Positions 25,141 to 38,900 of a stretch of 64,000 bases of DNA are shown here, piece after piece; within the stretch, counting starts at the first letter, position 1; each line of letters starts with the position of its first letter. The position numbers were made by a program, and so were the translations under genes. The notes beneath the pieces are model-generated. The model worked only from the letters and a program-made list of their open reading frames with translations, did not search any database and had not been told where the DNA came from. The DNA lies in the NCBI GenBank assembly GCA_050084515.1, contig CM114271.1:8432001-8496000 (forward strand), read 5' to 3'. The DNA comes from Blasia pusilla (taxonomy: Eukaryota).

Positions 25141-28100
25141 TTGATGAGGAGGTCCACCGCCACCTCCTCAGCAATCCCATGCACTGTCCAAGGGGCGTGC
25201 CCAATTTGAAGGAGTTTTTGCCCTAGCACGGTCAATTTCTCTATGGCAGGTGTCGACTCTTGAGAACTGAAACTCTGCCGTTTATCGACAAGATAAGTCA
25301 AGTGAAGAAGGGCATTTGTCCAGGTGGTCATTTCCCTATGCCTGCCCAAGGATGATGGAGTGTATTCCACATCCTTGTCTCCTCCCTCAGACGAACCAGG
25401 CGCCTCCCGCTTTCGCTTCTCCCAAGTGTGCTATCGGCTTGTTGGAGTCTCCGTTACCTCATACTCCACAGGATTTTTCTTTGACAAGGACCTCGTCCAG
25501 CCCTCTTGCTCCTCTTGCCTGGACAACTCCGCCTCTCACCTTGAAGACTCAGCCTCTTTTCTCGAAGACTCAGCCTCGGAATTCCTCGATCCCCTTGCCT
25601 TGGCTTTCAAAACCGCTGTGGATTTATCTTTGGCGGTGACGACCTTTGCCACCAACTCCGCTGTCTCGAGGGCTTGCTCCTCTGAAGTTCAGAATGTCGT
25701 CCCCACCAACGATAACTGCATAATACACCACGCATAGATTTTTGTTTGTAATGTCCTCTGGGTTGTTGAAGTCCAACCAGATTGGAAAATTTATAACCTC
25801 CCAGTCGGACATGCCCTGTCCCATCTCCATGTTGTACATGGAGAATCCCTCCCCATCAAGCGGAGAAGCCCATAGTTTGGAGGCTGCCGGAAATTTTCCC
25901 CTGGTACCTGCATTCACACAATTGATGAGGTATCTGTACACCATCCGCTGGGTAGCTCTTTGTCGAGATGACTCGGCCGCCTAGTCCTAAAGATCCCGCT
26001 TCTTCTTTGCAAAATCCTATTTTATGGCGTCTATTTCCTCGTCCACATCTGCTTGAGGGAGGATGTGATTCTTGAACATCATCCGGAATCCTGTGTTTCT
26101 CGTTGGCTTATCTTTGATGTCATTAACCATAGTTCAAAATCTTCTGCAGCCTCTAGGTTTGCTTCCTCTGGAACTGGCTAATCTTCTTCAGCTCCGCTTA
26201 TAGACCCACGATCATGGATTTCCCAAGAAGGTGCAATGCGTCCTAGAATGACCATTCCCATAGCCAATGGGAGATCACTGGATCTGAAACTCCCAAAGGA
26301 TGGTGTGCTGCCCGCTTCTGTGCCTCAGTGCCCTCGAGACTGATTTTCATCAGTCGGATTCGACTAAACTCATATATGCCAGACATCACAAACCTATGCA
26401 CGCGATCGAGAGACACTTTCTCTCCAATCCGACCCTATGGATCTTTGTCTCTCTTCCGTTGGCGCTTGATTATCGCCTTGAGCTCCTTGTAAAACTCCGG
26501 GCCAAGTTTGGGGTTGAGAATTGCAATGTAACGCTGCATCTTGCTTGTAGTGTACTTTGTAGCTGCAGATACAACAGACTGAATAAATTTTGCTCGTTCT
26601 GACGCGAACACGTTCTCCCTTTACTCCAGTTCCAACGTAGCACTCTTCTTGTCGGCCTTGATCTTGGACCAACAGAGGATTGTGACGGGTGCATCTTGGG
26701 AAATGAAGGTATTTGCCTAGGTCTTCTTCTATATTTAAGCTCCCTTCACCATCATCTCATCAACCAGATTGTCACCCATGAATCCCTTGTAGTCTGCCGC
26801 ATTGTAAGCACCTTTTTGACCCTGTCGCAATCGAGGATCCAATGGTGGGCAACGTTCCCCTCGGATACAATCCTGCAAATCCAAACACAAGGTAAGAATA
26901 GTGCAACCTATCGGGTTTCGTCTAGTTCCACCAGAGAATCATGAATAGAGAGTGCAACCCGTCCGATCTCCGATGGGTTGCAACACTCTTGAGAGATTTC
27001 AAGGATGCCCAATCCGTCGGAGTCCGACGGATTGCAACAATCGCTTTGACTTGTAGTCTCTTCGATGAAAAATGTATTTTCTGCTACCTGTTGACTCTGA
27101 TGGGTCGTAATTTTGTCAACCCATCGGGATCCAAAAGGTAACACATAGATAAGTGTTGCTACCCGTCGGAGTCCAACGGGTTGTAGAAAGTACATATTTT
27201 GTCGAAGAGAGTGCAAGTGAAAGCGATTGTTGCAACCCGTCGGACTCAGAAGGATTGGGCATCCTTGAAATATCCTGAGAGTGTTGCAACCCATCGGAAT
27301 CTGACGGGTTGCACTCACTCTTTGTGACTCTCTGGTACAATCGGAGAATGCTCCTATTCCTTGGTTCCAACATGTCGGACTCCGACGGGTTGTAGAATGA
27401 CTTCCATTCCGAGACAGGTTTCCGGATAAAAACTGCCCATATCAACCCGTCGGAGTCCAACGGATTGCGCAATGGCCTTGTAAAGCTAGAATTGGACGCC
27501 TAAAAGAAAGCTCTTGGACTCCGACCACGTGCCTTGGGGAGAAAATGCAACCCGTCGGAGTCCAACGGGTTGCTTTCGGCCAAAAGTATCCAAAAAATAG
27601 GGGACAGTCGAGCAACTCGTTGGAGTCCAACAAGTTGCTTTTAGGCATCCGATGATTTCTTACCCCTCATTGTGCAACTCGTTGGAGTTCGACGGATTGC
27701 AAAACAAATAAGTCATGAAGTCACTTTTCAACCCGTTGATGTTTGATTGGTTTCAATATGCCTGGTGTGCTTGGCCACCAGGCAACTCATTGGACTCCGA
27801 CGGTTTGCTTGACTATGACCTTGACCTCAAAGAGGATGGGGGCAAGAGACTCAAATCATTCTTGCCCATCTTCAAGCTTTCCAATTATGCAACCCGTCGG
27901 ACTCCGACGGGTTGAAGCAATCAATCATAAGGATGAGGAAACTTACGTATTCATTGCATGCATTGCCATTTCCACCGTTGCCGTGTGATGAGGAAATTGA
28001 TGGAGCACAACTGCCCTCACGCAAACTGCGTCCACGCCATGTACCTGTGATTCCCATCCCAGATGAAGAAGTAGAGGTTCCACATCCAGCTAAATTGGGT

Positions 28101-29071
28101 TCCTTCAATCGCTCTTCTGAACTCCTGGTCTCTCATCCTCCAGATTGTTTCCAACCCCTCCAAGTCCTCTTCTGTTACCAGAGCTTGGGTTCCATATTCA
28201 TCGTAAGGCTGAACATACAACGGAGGGAAGCTGTCAACGTAGGATGCCGTCGCTGCCAATTGTTTCAGCTTTGCAATGTCCTCCTCCGATTGAATTTTAC
28301 GGACGTACTCCATTGTCCGCAGTCGACAGAGTGGAATTCTTGGGGACTTTTGGCCCTCCATCAGTGCCATCTTCTTAACAATTGGCCACAATGGGGACAA
28401 AGTCAATAAAATACTATGTTTTTCCAATGTATTATATAATGAGCTTTCACATAACCCGAATTCTTCTTACCCGCTCAAAGATTGGGTCAGTGCCCAAGCG
28501 TGCCAGCTGCTCTGGGACAAGAGCTCGCAAGTCCATAGGAAACTCATCGATCTGATGACTCTTCTCCTGCTTCTTCAGAGATATCCACCATTTCCACACT
28601 TGCTCTCCTCATGACCTCATCGTCCGTCACTTGAACTTCGGCCGTTTCCTCAGTCAATTTTAGATTCATGGTATCCCCAGACCTCATCAGAGACATTTCC
28701 TGCATTTCAACACTATTTGTTGGACATGCAGGGTTTTCTTCAATGACGCTTGCTTTTTCTCTTCGAGCTTTTTCCAGTTTTGCTTTCCTGATGGAGGCAT
28801 CGAGACGCTTCTTCTCGCGTTTCTCGTTTGTGACTATTTTCTTCAAGGCCTTTGATGCATAAGCCTTGGCGTTTTGCTTTGCGAGCTCCTCCAGAGCAAG
28901 TTTTGCCCGAATCTCCTGCCTGTGCATATCTGCTTCCCTTTCACGCTCCTCTATTTCTTGTTGCCTTATCTCATTTGCCGAGCGAGGACCAAGAGATGGT
29001 GACGCAAGACTCTTGATGGACTTGGGAGTGATGCTCCCTACCTTCGTTGCTTGTGTTTTATTCCTCGTCAT
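25141..29071 (-). pseudogene. Spliced accessory gene with ParB/Sulfiredoxin-like domain (copy 1)
   Basis: Exon 1 29071-28471 (coiled-coil); exon 2 about 28383-27947 (RIPLCRL...FFIWDGNHRYMAW); GT-AG intron 27946-26873; exon 3 runs to the truncation at about 25141. Confidence 0.75.
26880..27915. repeat. Intronic array of 27-bp palindromes
   Basis: Many copies of GCAACCCGTCGGA-N-TCCGACGGGTTGC; a perfect 25-bp core lies at 27890-27914. Confidence 0.95.
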
Positions 29072-29384
29072 AGTGCACGTTGGGTCAGTTCTTCCTCCTT
29101 GATAGTGTTATTTGCTCCTGTGCACAACAGATCCCTCGAAGCTTCGATGGAGTGCCTAAACCTAACTCTCCAAGCGTTGTGTGGTGAAGCGAAGTGACCT
29201 TCAAGCGGATGGGCTTGCCGAAATCGAACCCTCGAAGCATCAGGTTCAGGTGTTGGATCATCGTTACCTTCCAGCAAAGGGGTCAATGTAACCAACTTGG
29301 CTAGCAGAGAAGATAACCTCATCTGTTGGGAGGAAGAGCACCACAAATCACGAAATGAAAAAGGGAAATAAGAGAAATCTCAGC

Positions 29385-29421
29385 CTTTTATACTTTTCGA
29401 GCCGTTGAGCTGACCGTTGAG
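29385..29421 (-). promoter_or_regulatory. TATA box plus two tandem CAACGG (MSA-like) motifs upstream of the ParB-like gene
   Basis: Minus strand reads ctcaacggtcagctcaacggctcgaaaagtataaaag, conserved with 60430-60466. Confidence 0.55.
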
Positions 29422-29509
29422 TCATTGGAACCATTGTACCAATAGCGACGTTGGCCAATATGGAACTTTGCACATGGGAAATGTGCAACCAGTCCCCCTC
29501 ATCAGACGT

Positions 29510-30220
29510 GCAACCCGTTGGAGACCGACGGGTTGCACGCTTCCCTCATCTTAGGGAAACAAGGCGAGGTACCCGGGCAACCCGTTGGTCTCTGACGGGT
29601 TGCACGCTTCCCTTGTCTTGAGGTAACAAGGCGAGGTACCCATGCAACCCGTCGGAGACCGATGGGTTGCATGCTTCCCTCATCCTTGGGTAACAAGGCG
29701 AGGTACCCGGGCAATCTGTTGCAGACCGACGGGTTGCCTGCTTCCCTCGTCCGGGGGTGACAAAGCATGGTCTTGAGGCAACCCGTCAACCTCCCACGGG
29801 TTACAAGGTCTACCATGGGTTGGACAGTTCCCACAATATGGAAAAATTGTGGCACGCTCTCCGAAAAACTCATCTACCCCTCACAATTTGCACGATTCAC
29901 TGGACAAGAGAAATTGACGCGAGATCCTCCCACAACTCGGTTACCTCCAAAAGGGAAAGCGAGGTGAGGTACCTTTTCAACCCGTCGCACTCCCCAACAG
30001 GTTTCTATAGGAAATCCATGCAAGGTCTCGTGGATCTCGACTCCAATCAGACAGGTCACACAGGCAGGGGGTACCGACTGACAACTACGTTCAAGCTAAC
30101 GGACTGCGACGGGTTGCAAGTTGCACTCGGACTCCAACAGAAGATGGTACTCCGTGGCTTTGCAACCCATGTGTATGAGTCCCAAAATTTGCAACCCGTC
30201 GGACTCCGACAGATTGCAAC
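29510..30220. repeat. Intergenic palindrome array with a 67-bp tandem unit
   Basis: Palindrome starts at 29510, 29577, 29644, 29711 and 29778, with scattered further copies to about 30220. Confidence 0.92.
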
Positions 30221-30856
30221 AAGATTGAATCCATTGCGTTAGACAATCTCGCCTACCAAACAACATCTTGTCAGTCAAATTCTCTCAGGAGAATAACGGT
30301 CACTATTCACTATAAACATTCTCATTCTCATTCTCATTCCCATTCCCATTCTTATTCTTATTCTCATTATCCACCCGGTGGAATCATCTGGGAATGGATA
30401 ATTATGTAAAACTCACTTGTGACAGTCATCTAGCGGCCCTTCTTCAATCTGAAATAATTCAACCGCAAGCTCGTGAGTCTTACATACCGGTGGAGGAAAA
30501 TTTCCTTTCACTGCGATTTCTTCTTCAAATTGGAACAATATTTGTTTCTAAGGATGTTAGGGTAGACGGTATGTAGGATGTTGTAGGTGAGATAGTCAAG
30601 CCAGTGATAACAGATTGTAAAGTATGAAATCTCCTACCTCTAAAAAATGGTCAATACAGAGTTTATGGCTTGCCTCTGAATTCCTCTGTTTCCCAAGTAG
30701 ACGGTCCAAAATTTCCTAGTGCACCGAGCACTACGTTTGCCACCCCCACCTTTGTAGATCCCGCATCGACTCCAACTTCACACGTTTGTAACAATGTTGT
30801 ACTTCATGAAGACATTCCGGATGTCGTCAATCTTAGTGGATCTGTCGGACACCAAT

Positions 30857-32022
30857 TGTAATGTCTAAGTGTTTCTTATTTACATTCAATTGTAGAGTTC
30901 GATCCCCAAGAGGATCATTGTTGGATGAAAAGAGAGTATAAAGTGATGATTATGTTGTAAAAGTGTAATTGATTATGTAATTCAAATGTAGTATTCCAGT
31001 AACATCTTCCGATCCTTTCTAGTACCTATGTTTTCTTCTTCAATTCTCTCGAGTGGAGTTTAAAGTACGCTCAGGCAATTTGTTCTCTCGATATCTCGGA
31101 ACCTCACAGAGACCTCAAGAATAAAGCTGGCTTCTCCTACTTTCGGAACTCAATCCGTCGGGGCAGGTTACTCTCTGTCAAACAGATTTCATACAACTTT
31201 ATGTTGATTATTCCATTGATGAGAAAGGTTACTTTGATTCACTCTTCACTCAGTGAGACCCAAAAGAATATTTAGACATAAGCATCGCACATCAGAATGA
31301 ATGAATGAATGCTTTACTACTCCATCAAGAATTGGAAGACTTCAAAGTATATGCAAGCTCGAGAGGGTACAACTCTCTTGCTCGGACCATTCCTACAGCA
31401 TAAGAACTTCATGAGCGAATGATGATAATAGCTTCTGTCCTGTTTCTTAAATATTCTCGAGAGGAGGAGCGTTTCTATGATCCGAAGCGTTCTCGAAGAA
31501 GTTGGTGTCTCTTCAATATTTGTAACTACCTAGATCTATGGTTCTCTTAGCTTTTCGTACGATCCCTATGAATCCGCGGTACAAAACTGTTCTAACTACC
31601 AATTTGATACAAAGGGTCGCGCCCTTTCCTAGTCTAATTGTTTAAACTATGTGTCGGTTCGAATCACAATCATGCTGAGCTTCGCTGCGCTAAATTTCCG
31701 GAGGACGAAATTCTTCATTCTCTTCGTGCTTCGTGCTTCGCTCAAGAGCGAAGTACCTCGTATACAGAGCTTCGTTGAGCTTCGTTAGACTTTGTTAAGC
31801 TTCGCTAAGCTTCGCTTTGATCCTTTATACTTCTTTACAACTTTTGATTCTCCTCTAAAGCAAATCCTTGATCTTCCATCTCTCTGCCTTGTCTTAGGAG
31901 CTTGGTGACTCACTTATTCTTCTTCATAATAATAGATAATCATAATCAAAATCATAATATACAAGAGTCTTTGTTGAATAAAAAGATAAATTCTTCAAGA
32001 TTACAAAATTGTGGGTATCACA
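30857..32022 (-). repeat. 3' LTR
   Basis: TG...CA ends, adjacent to PPT gagggagggggta. Confidence 0.95.
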
Positions 32023-32061
32023 TACCCCCTCCCTCAAATGTGAGCCGCCGCGGCGAACACT

Positions 32062-33870
32062 TCATGATGTATCTCCTATCTCCATAAAAGTGTCGTCTAA
32101 ACTATCAAATTCAGGGGTAGGCACAAAACGGCCGTGAATCGTAGAAGGTTTGTTGATAATGTTAGGGGTATGATTGCGCATTCTTTCTCGTGACTTGTTA
32201 ACAACTAAGTGACTCCCTATGACTTCATTCTGGACTAAGACATCACATGGAGTGAATGCTGGTAATTCTTCAAGAGTAAGTGAAAGAGTGGGTACTACTT
32301 CTGGAAGAGACTTAGTATGATTGTCGAATTGGCGCTTCCAATGTTTGTTGATGTAGTCGATTTCCTCGTTCATCTACTCTTCGAAGTTCTTGCTTGCTTC
32401 GTCGACCTGCTCTTTGACATCTTCCGGGTCCATCGGGGCCGGCGAAGTAACCGCTCTGCCTCCAAGACTGCGATCCTCCCGGTAGCCTCCGCCCACTGCG
32501 CCAGTAAGTCTTTGTTCGCTTCTTGATGTTCTTGAAGCAACTTCGAAGACTCAGCATGTTGGATCGACAAATTCTTGAATTCGATGTGAACCCGCCGTGT
32601 TTGATGTTGATGCTTGTCAATGAGGTGCGAAGCTTCCTTGATCTGCGAAACTAACTGATCCGCCCCACATTCGAGGTTAATCGCCAAACTTTCCCATTGG
32701 TGTGCGTTCCGTGCTTCGTACTGACACTGGACCAAGTCGCTTTGAGCTTTGCGAAGCGTGGTCTTCGTGTCTCCGAGTTCCTGATTCCGTAATTGCAGAT
32801 TCGTTTCTGCTACTCGACGCTGTACTTCGTGGTCTGACGAAGCTTGGGCTCTGCAGTTGAGGTCGTGCAGGCCTTCTAAGTAATCGTCCAAGGACGCTGT
32901 ATCCTCGAGGTGAAGAACCCGCTGGAGTTGGTTCATGACGGGAACTGCCAATTGCAAGAACCATATCATGTCGTCTGCCGTCTGCGACATGAGACGAAGT
33001 GCAAGTTGATGATCCCTTGCCGGCGGGGTCTCGTCGGAATCCTCCTGCATGACAGGTTTTGGGTCCGGGGGTGTTTCAAAATTGACCCGGCCTCGCTTTG
33101 GCCGAGGCATTTCGTTGGTAGCTTCGTCTTTCTTCAAAGCCGAAGTGTGCGGATGTTGCTGAGGTGCTTCGGAGGGCGGGGTGACTTCGCGGCTACCCAT
33201 GGTACTAGTTGCGCCTTTCCATGGTAGTCGGACGGGGGTCACTTGTGACCAATCTAACGCCTCCTCTGCAGTTAATTCCTGCTTGTGAATATAAAGATGG
33301 ATCAAGAAAGGAGATAGGAAGGACTTCGTGCTTGGATGAAGCACGTCCACCATTCCTCGTACGTGCCCGTCCACAAAAGCAGCAAAGTCGACTCCTGGGG
33401 CTTCAGGGTCAAGGTGCTTATTCCAGATGATGTAGCACATCTTCAAGAGCTTGTTCGTCAGATAGTAAGAATGAGCGGGATAAAACAGGGTCATCAGATG
33501 TTTGCAAAACTGACCAAAGACGGGCGGAGAGAGTGACAAAGCCTTGTAGCCGTTCCTGCCCAGGCGCTCAGACGTGACACAGCCGAGTGCTAAAAGATCT
33601 TCATGTTTTACTAGCAACTCCGTGTCATACTCGTACTCTGGCGCAGCCGGGAGCAGATAAGTTGCTCGCCAGTCGTCCGCCGTCCAGTGTTGGGGCTGAG
33701 CTCGATACCGAAGACCCTTCTTTCAAAACTTGGCAACGGCAGACGCAGAGCGTAGCTCGCCCAGGAGTTCTCCGGATGTTAAGGTCCAGTTGGCTTGAAA
33801 GAAAGTTGCCAACGATCGCTCCTCCGGCTCGCCGATCGCCGGTGGCGGCTTGACCATCGGCATCGCGCGC
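32062..33870 (-). pseudogene. 3' extra ORF of unknown function (conserved N-terminal domain plus coiled-coil)
   Basis: 415-aa ORF 32370..33617 with frameshifted N- and C-terminal extensions; two further homologues in the window. Confidence 0.8.
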
Positions 33871-34254
33871 CGAGAATGGGTGTGGAGTCTTCGCGAGGCA
33901 TGTTGCTAGGTCGATCTCGATGGACACCCGCTTTGGCTCGCTCGCAACCGTGGTGATCCCGTCCATGAAAATACCCGCTTGGTTACGCCGGACTGCTCTT
34001 ATAGTCCGTTCCCCCCTGTCCGTTCTTGGTCGTGGCGCCGAGGCTATAACACGAAGGTGGGCGCTTCGCGTCTTTGCCACGCTCCCCCTTCCTCACTTCG
34101 TGCGCTTCGCTGCTTCACGAAGCATGGGATGTCTGGAACCTCGGTGCTTCGTTGCTTCGTGAAGCACGGTATATCTTGAACCGTAGCCGCGACTTTGCGG
34201 CTTCGGTGCGTTCGCCTACCCCCTTCCTCATGTTTCAGTTATCCTCAGGTTCGG

Positions 34255-35540
34255 GCTCATAGTACCGGCGCACATGCATGCCATTGACTCGCGTGGGCGT
34301 GTAAGGTTTCTAACTGGAGGGATCCATTATCATAGATGGCCAATACCCGGTAGGGTCCCATCCAATTTAATTTTAATTTTCTGGGGAACTTTAGTCGCCG
34401 GTTATCATACAATAGCACTAAGTCGCCAACATTGATAGATTGTGGCCGGAGATGTCAATCGTAACGTTTCTTACGTTCTTTTTGCACTGGCTGTCGGCGT
34501 AACGCGAGCATCGTGCTTCTTCCAACTCCACTAGGGTCTCATTCTGTGTTCGATAACTTCGCCCAGCATGACTTCCGTTCTTGTGCCCTCCAATACCCGA
34601 TAAGTGGGCAACACCCATTGAATAGGTGTTAAGGGATGTACGCCATAAGTCAGGAAGAACGGGGTGTATTTTTTTGTCACCTTCTCAGCTGTTCGGTACG
34701 CCCATAATGGCGTGGCAATTTTTGTGTCCCAATCATAGGAGTATGTTACCGTTAATCGATTCAATATTCGGCAAATGAGGCCGTTCGATTTTTCCGTCAA
34801 CCCGTTGGCTTTAGGGTTGTAGGGAGTGGTTTTCCGATGCTTAATGAGAAAGTGGGAAGTGAGAGACTCAATAGTCTGGTTCAGGAAGTGTGTACCCCGG
34901 TCACTTACTAGTTCCAACGCACAGCCATAACGCGTGATAATCATCTCGTATAAAAACTTAGCCACTACTTCACTGTCATCTTTCCGCGTGGCTACTGCTT
35001 CAACCATCTTAGTACAATAGTCCGTGGCGATAAGGATATACTTCCGCCGGGTTTGGCGAGTGGTCGAGGAGATAGGGCCCACGAAGTCAATGCCCCATTT
35101 TTTAAAAGGAGCTAGGGGCATGATGGGGACCAAAGGCCACTGAGTAGTCGCCGTGGGTCGACCTGCCCTTTGACAGGCATCACAACTCCGAATAAAATTA
35201 CCTACGTCTTTGTACATAGTCGGCCACCAATAACGTGCGGCCAAAATTTTCTTAAGGGTATTTTTTACCGCATAGTGTCCACCGGAATCAGCCATATGCA
35301 GAGCTCTGATGACTTGGGGAACCTCTTCCGCTTCCAAGCATCTTCGATGCTCTTCATCAGCACCTAATTTGAATAAGACCCCTTGACAGATCTCATAAGG
35401 GCCTATCCGATGTAAAAAAACTGCGCGTTCTTCCGTTGTCATCGGGGCAGGAAGTCGCAGAGTCATTAGAAACCGGAGAATATCCTCATAAAATGATCGG
35501 CTCAACGTTCCTCTCTTATCGGGAAAACAGATCTTCATCG
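34255..35540 (-). pseudogene. Gypsy integrase
   Basis: HHCC (LHMADSGGHY...CDACQR), KWGIDFVGP, VSDRGTHF, ANGLTEKSN; frameshift near 34620. Confidence 0.95.
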
Positions 35541-35583
35541 AAAGGTATCATGACAGATTGGGTGAGGTCTGCGTTTGTCATCC

Positions 35584-36330
35584 TCAACGGGAAAGAAAAT
35601 CGGCATTGGTATGCACCTTGCCGCACGGGTCAACATCGAATGTGAATTCTTGTAGCAACAAGATCCACCGTGCAATGCGTCCTGACAGGTCGGCTTTCAC
35701 CATTAAGGGTCTGAGTGCAAAATGATCCACATGAAAGACAAATTCGTACCCTAATAAATAGTGTCGGAACTTTTTACACGAGAAGACCATGCCTAACGCC
35801 TCTCGTTCGGTGGTTGTATATTTCTGCTCTGCCGCCGATAGTTGTCGTCCGGCGTAGTAAATTGGAAAATCATGTTTGTGCTCATCCCATTGGCTGAGCA
35901 CTACTCCAATGGCAAATGAGGATGTGTCCACATACACATGGAAGGGTTTGGATAGTCCTGGCACACTCGGATTTTTCCCATTTGTTTTTTAGGCACAATT
36001 ACAATGGGCGACACCCACTCGCTGCTTAACACCGGATAGATTATTCCTGCCTCGAGACGCTGATCGATCTCGTCCTTGACTAACAATGAGTACTTTGGAT
36101 TCAGTCGATATTGTCGCATTCCTACCGGGACCGCCCCTTCTTTAAGATCAATTCGGTGTTCACCATATTGTGCGGGAATACCTCTCATTTCATCCATAGA
36201 GTATGCAAAGACATCCAAATACTCAAACAGTAGTCTTTTATATTTTATAAGTGTGGTGGGAGACAAATCCGCCGAAAGGCGTAGAGGCTTTTGATCTGCA
36301 ATATTGACCTGGACGTAGTTCTGCTCCTGA
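35584..36330 (-). pseudogene. RT N-terminus fused directly to RNase H
   Basis: SEWVSPIVIVPKKQMGKIRVCQDY runs directly into SKPFHVYVDTSSFAIG...TTEREALG. No YxDD segment. Confidence 0.9.
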
Positions 36331-36599
36331 ACCATGTTTTCCGTAAACTGGAAGGTGCTATGTCCTAGCTTCTCTTCCTCTTGAGTCGACCTTGGCTTGG
36401 AGGGTACTGCCTCCTCGTCTATTTCATAACATTCTAAATAATATACATTGGACGAGGACTCATTAGTGGTGGTGTTGTCTTGATCTGATGTATAGCCGTC
36501 GTCAGTCGGTGACGTCTCTCCTTGGGGTGGTCGAGATTTCCACGACAGCTTGATGAGCTGCTTCGAGTCCTGATTCGGCGCCTGGAACGTGAAACGTTG

Positions 36600-38900
36600 C
36601 CTTTTCCAATCTGTAGTCACCCTCGTGCCATACAGCCAGGGTCTTCCGATGAGCAAAGGATAGCCCGTCGTGGTCAGGGGCTACAAGACTAAGTAGTCCA
36701 ACAGAAACAACACCCCCCTGAGCATGGTCGGAATTTGCGTGAGCTGTCCGAGGGGTCTCTTCCGGGATTGATCCGCAAACCGCAAGTACTTGTCTGTGGG
36801 CTCGTACACCGTGTACCCTAGGGCCCGAGTTGTTTGCTCCGTCATTATATTGATTTTGCTTCCGGAATCAATGGGGACCTTCTTAATAGTATGGCCCTCA
36901 ATCTCCACCTCCACTTCTGGGGCTCCCAAGTCCTCGACTTCGCTACGGAACAGGTCCACCACTGGCAGATGCTTCGCCGCCTTCATGGGTCTTTTGCGGC
37001 TGATTTTCCACTGATGCAAGATTTTTCCGTATACTGGGTTATCCATTAGCAACTGTAGCAGGGTTATGTTGGCCGGGGTTGACGCCAAGTCCCTCAGTAA
37101 ATCGTAAGCTTCTAGGACCAAGGGTGATGTCGCCATGGCTTGGACTGTCGTACTTGGTTTGGCCTTTGTCTTCTCTGGGATCTGTTTCCCCTCTGGTTCC
37201 TGGGCCTCACGAACTTGAGCACGGACCTGGTCCTCCACATCCTGATGGAAGTATTTCGGATGACTTCGGTCAAAAGCTGGGTCCACATCGCCTTTGAGGA
37301 TGGCCTTCCCGGCACGTAAGGTGTTCACAGCTTTGTTCTTGGGCTCCCTAGCTTCGCGCGAAGACGAAGCACCCTTCTTTACCTTTGGGGTCCCCGCGGT
37401 CTGACTCTTCGATCTCGTGGTGACCGCCAACACAGTTTCTTGAAATTCTTTGGGCCAGTCCGATGATTCCTCGTTGGCCCCTTCGGTCGAGTCTTCCTCA
37501 CTGATGGTGACTCGCTTTGGTCTCGGGGACACTACTTCTTCCACCCGGACCAGTTGTACATTCACATCGTTCTTGGGCTCTGGTTGAGCCGCTGGAGTAT
37601 TTACATATCTGACCAACAAACGTGGGACCTTGGGCTCCAGGCATTCCACGGCGGTGTGCCCGCCCTTCTTGCAGTTCCCGCATAAGGGATTGAGTCCCAC
37701 TGGTCGCTTTGGGTTTGGGCAATTATTGGCCCAGTGGTCTGCTGCGCCGCAGTTCTAACAACAATTTCTTTTGATGGGTGGCGTGAAGGCCGCCGCACCC
37801 ATAATCTATCTCAGGGGTCTCTGTTCTCCGTATTCCGGAGGTACATACCGCGTGATCCAGCTTCTCCCAAGGTTTGGGGTGGCACCGCTTGAACGGCATA
37901 GCACCCTTCCCACTGTTCTGGTTCATACCATCCTTCTTCAATAGGGGCCTCTTCCTGGACCCACCGCAGATCCCTCTGAGTAGGGCATTCTTGTACAATA
38001 TGCCCCTGGGTTCCACAGCTACTACACCAAATGTTGGGCTTCATCAGCCCGGGTCATCTTCTGGGGTCCTTCCGGGCCGGATGTACCTTCAACTCAGCCA
38101 TTTGTTTACTGAGTTCCTCCATGGACGACTTGCCGGCCTTCCTTGCCGTCCCTCTTACTGGACTCTCCAACCGTTGAGGACGAGGCTTGGTACTTGGTCG
38201 GGTTTTGGTCTAGTGCTTGGGGGAGCGATGACGCCTGCTCTTCCCTTTCCTTTTAGCTTTTACCTCCTGCTCCGAGTTCGAGGACTCGGACGAATCCTCT
38301 GTAGAGGATTCCGTGTTGGTGGAGGACGCTTCGTCTTCGGATGAAGCACTAGTCTGCAACGCCCCTCTTCGTTGGTGACGCCGTCTTCGTGTTCGGCGGG
38401 ACTTTTCTGAGGCTTCGTACGCCTCAGCAGAGGCTATGACCGCCTCCAGGGAATCCCATTGGCCTCTCCGGCAATACCGATCCATTTCTTTGGACAAGCC
38501 GGACACAAACCAATCTACCAATTGGGAGGTAGCTTGTTCTAGCTTATTCACAAGGCTTCGGAACCGTTGGGTATATTCCCGGAGGGTCTCCTTCTTTCTA
38601 CGCTTTAGGTCGCGAAGCTTTGTAAGAAGCCTGTCCTCGAACTCCAAGTCGCGGAACTCATGTAGGAAGGATTCCAAGACCCTTTTCCAGGTTTCCGTGA
38701 CTTCTGCTCCGAGACCTTCGTACCACTGGCTTGCTCGCTTCTTGAGCAGGCCCGGAAAGACTCGTAACAAATCCTCCTCTGCCCCTTCCCCGTTGGCTTT
38801 TGCGACATGGGTGAATTCAAGAACAAAGTTATCCACATCGTCTTGTCGGCCTCCAAAGAAAGGTGGGGTACCTTAGCGAGTTTTTTCTAGTGTTGGCCAT
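36600..38900 (-). pseudogene. gag (three CCHC knuckles) and aspartic protease
   Basis: Retrotransposon-gag-like 38210..38836; knuckles CSSCGTQGHIVQEC, C*NCGAADHWANNC and CGNCKKGGHTAVEC; protease VPIDSGSKINIM. Frameshifted. Confidence 0.9.

Noticed and set aside
30896-30917. tRNA gene or SINE (GTTCGATCCCC, B-box-like)
   Set aside because: No A-box or cloverleaf; it is part of every LTR copy.
32370-33617. Retroviral env gene
   Set aside because: Env-like position only; no evident signal peptide, fusion peptide or transmembrane anchor.
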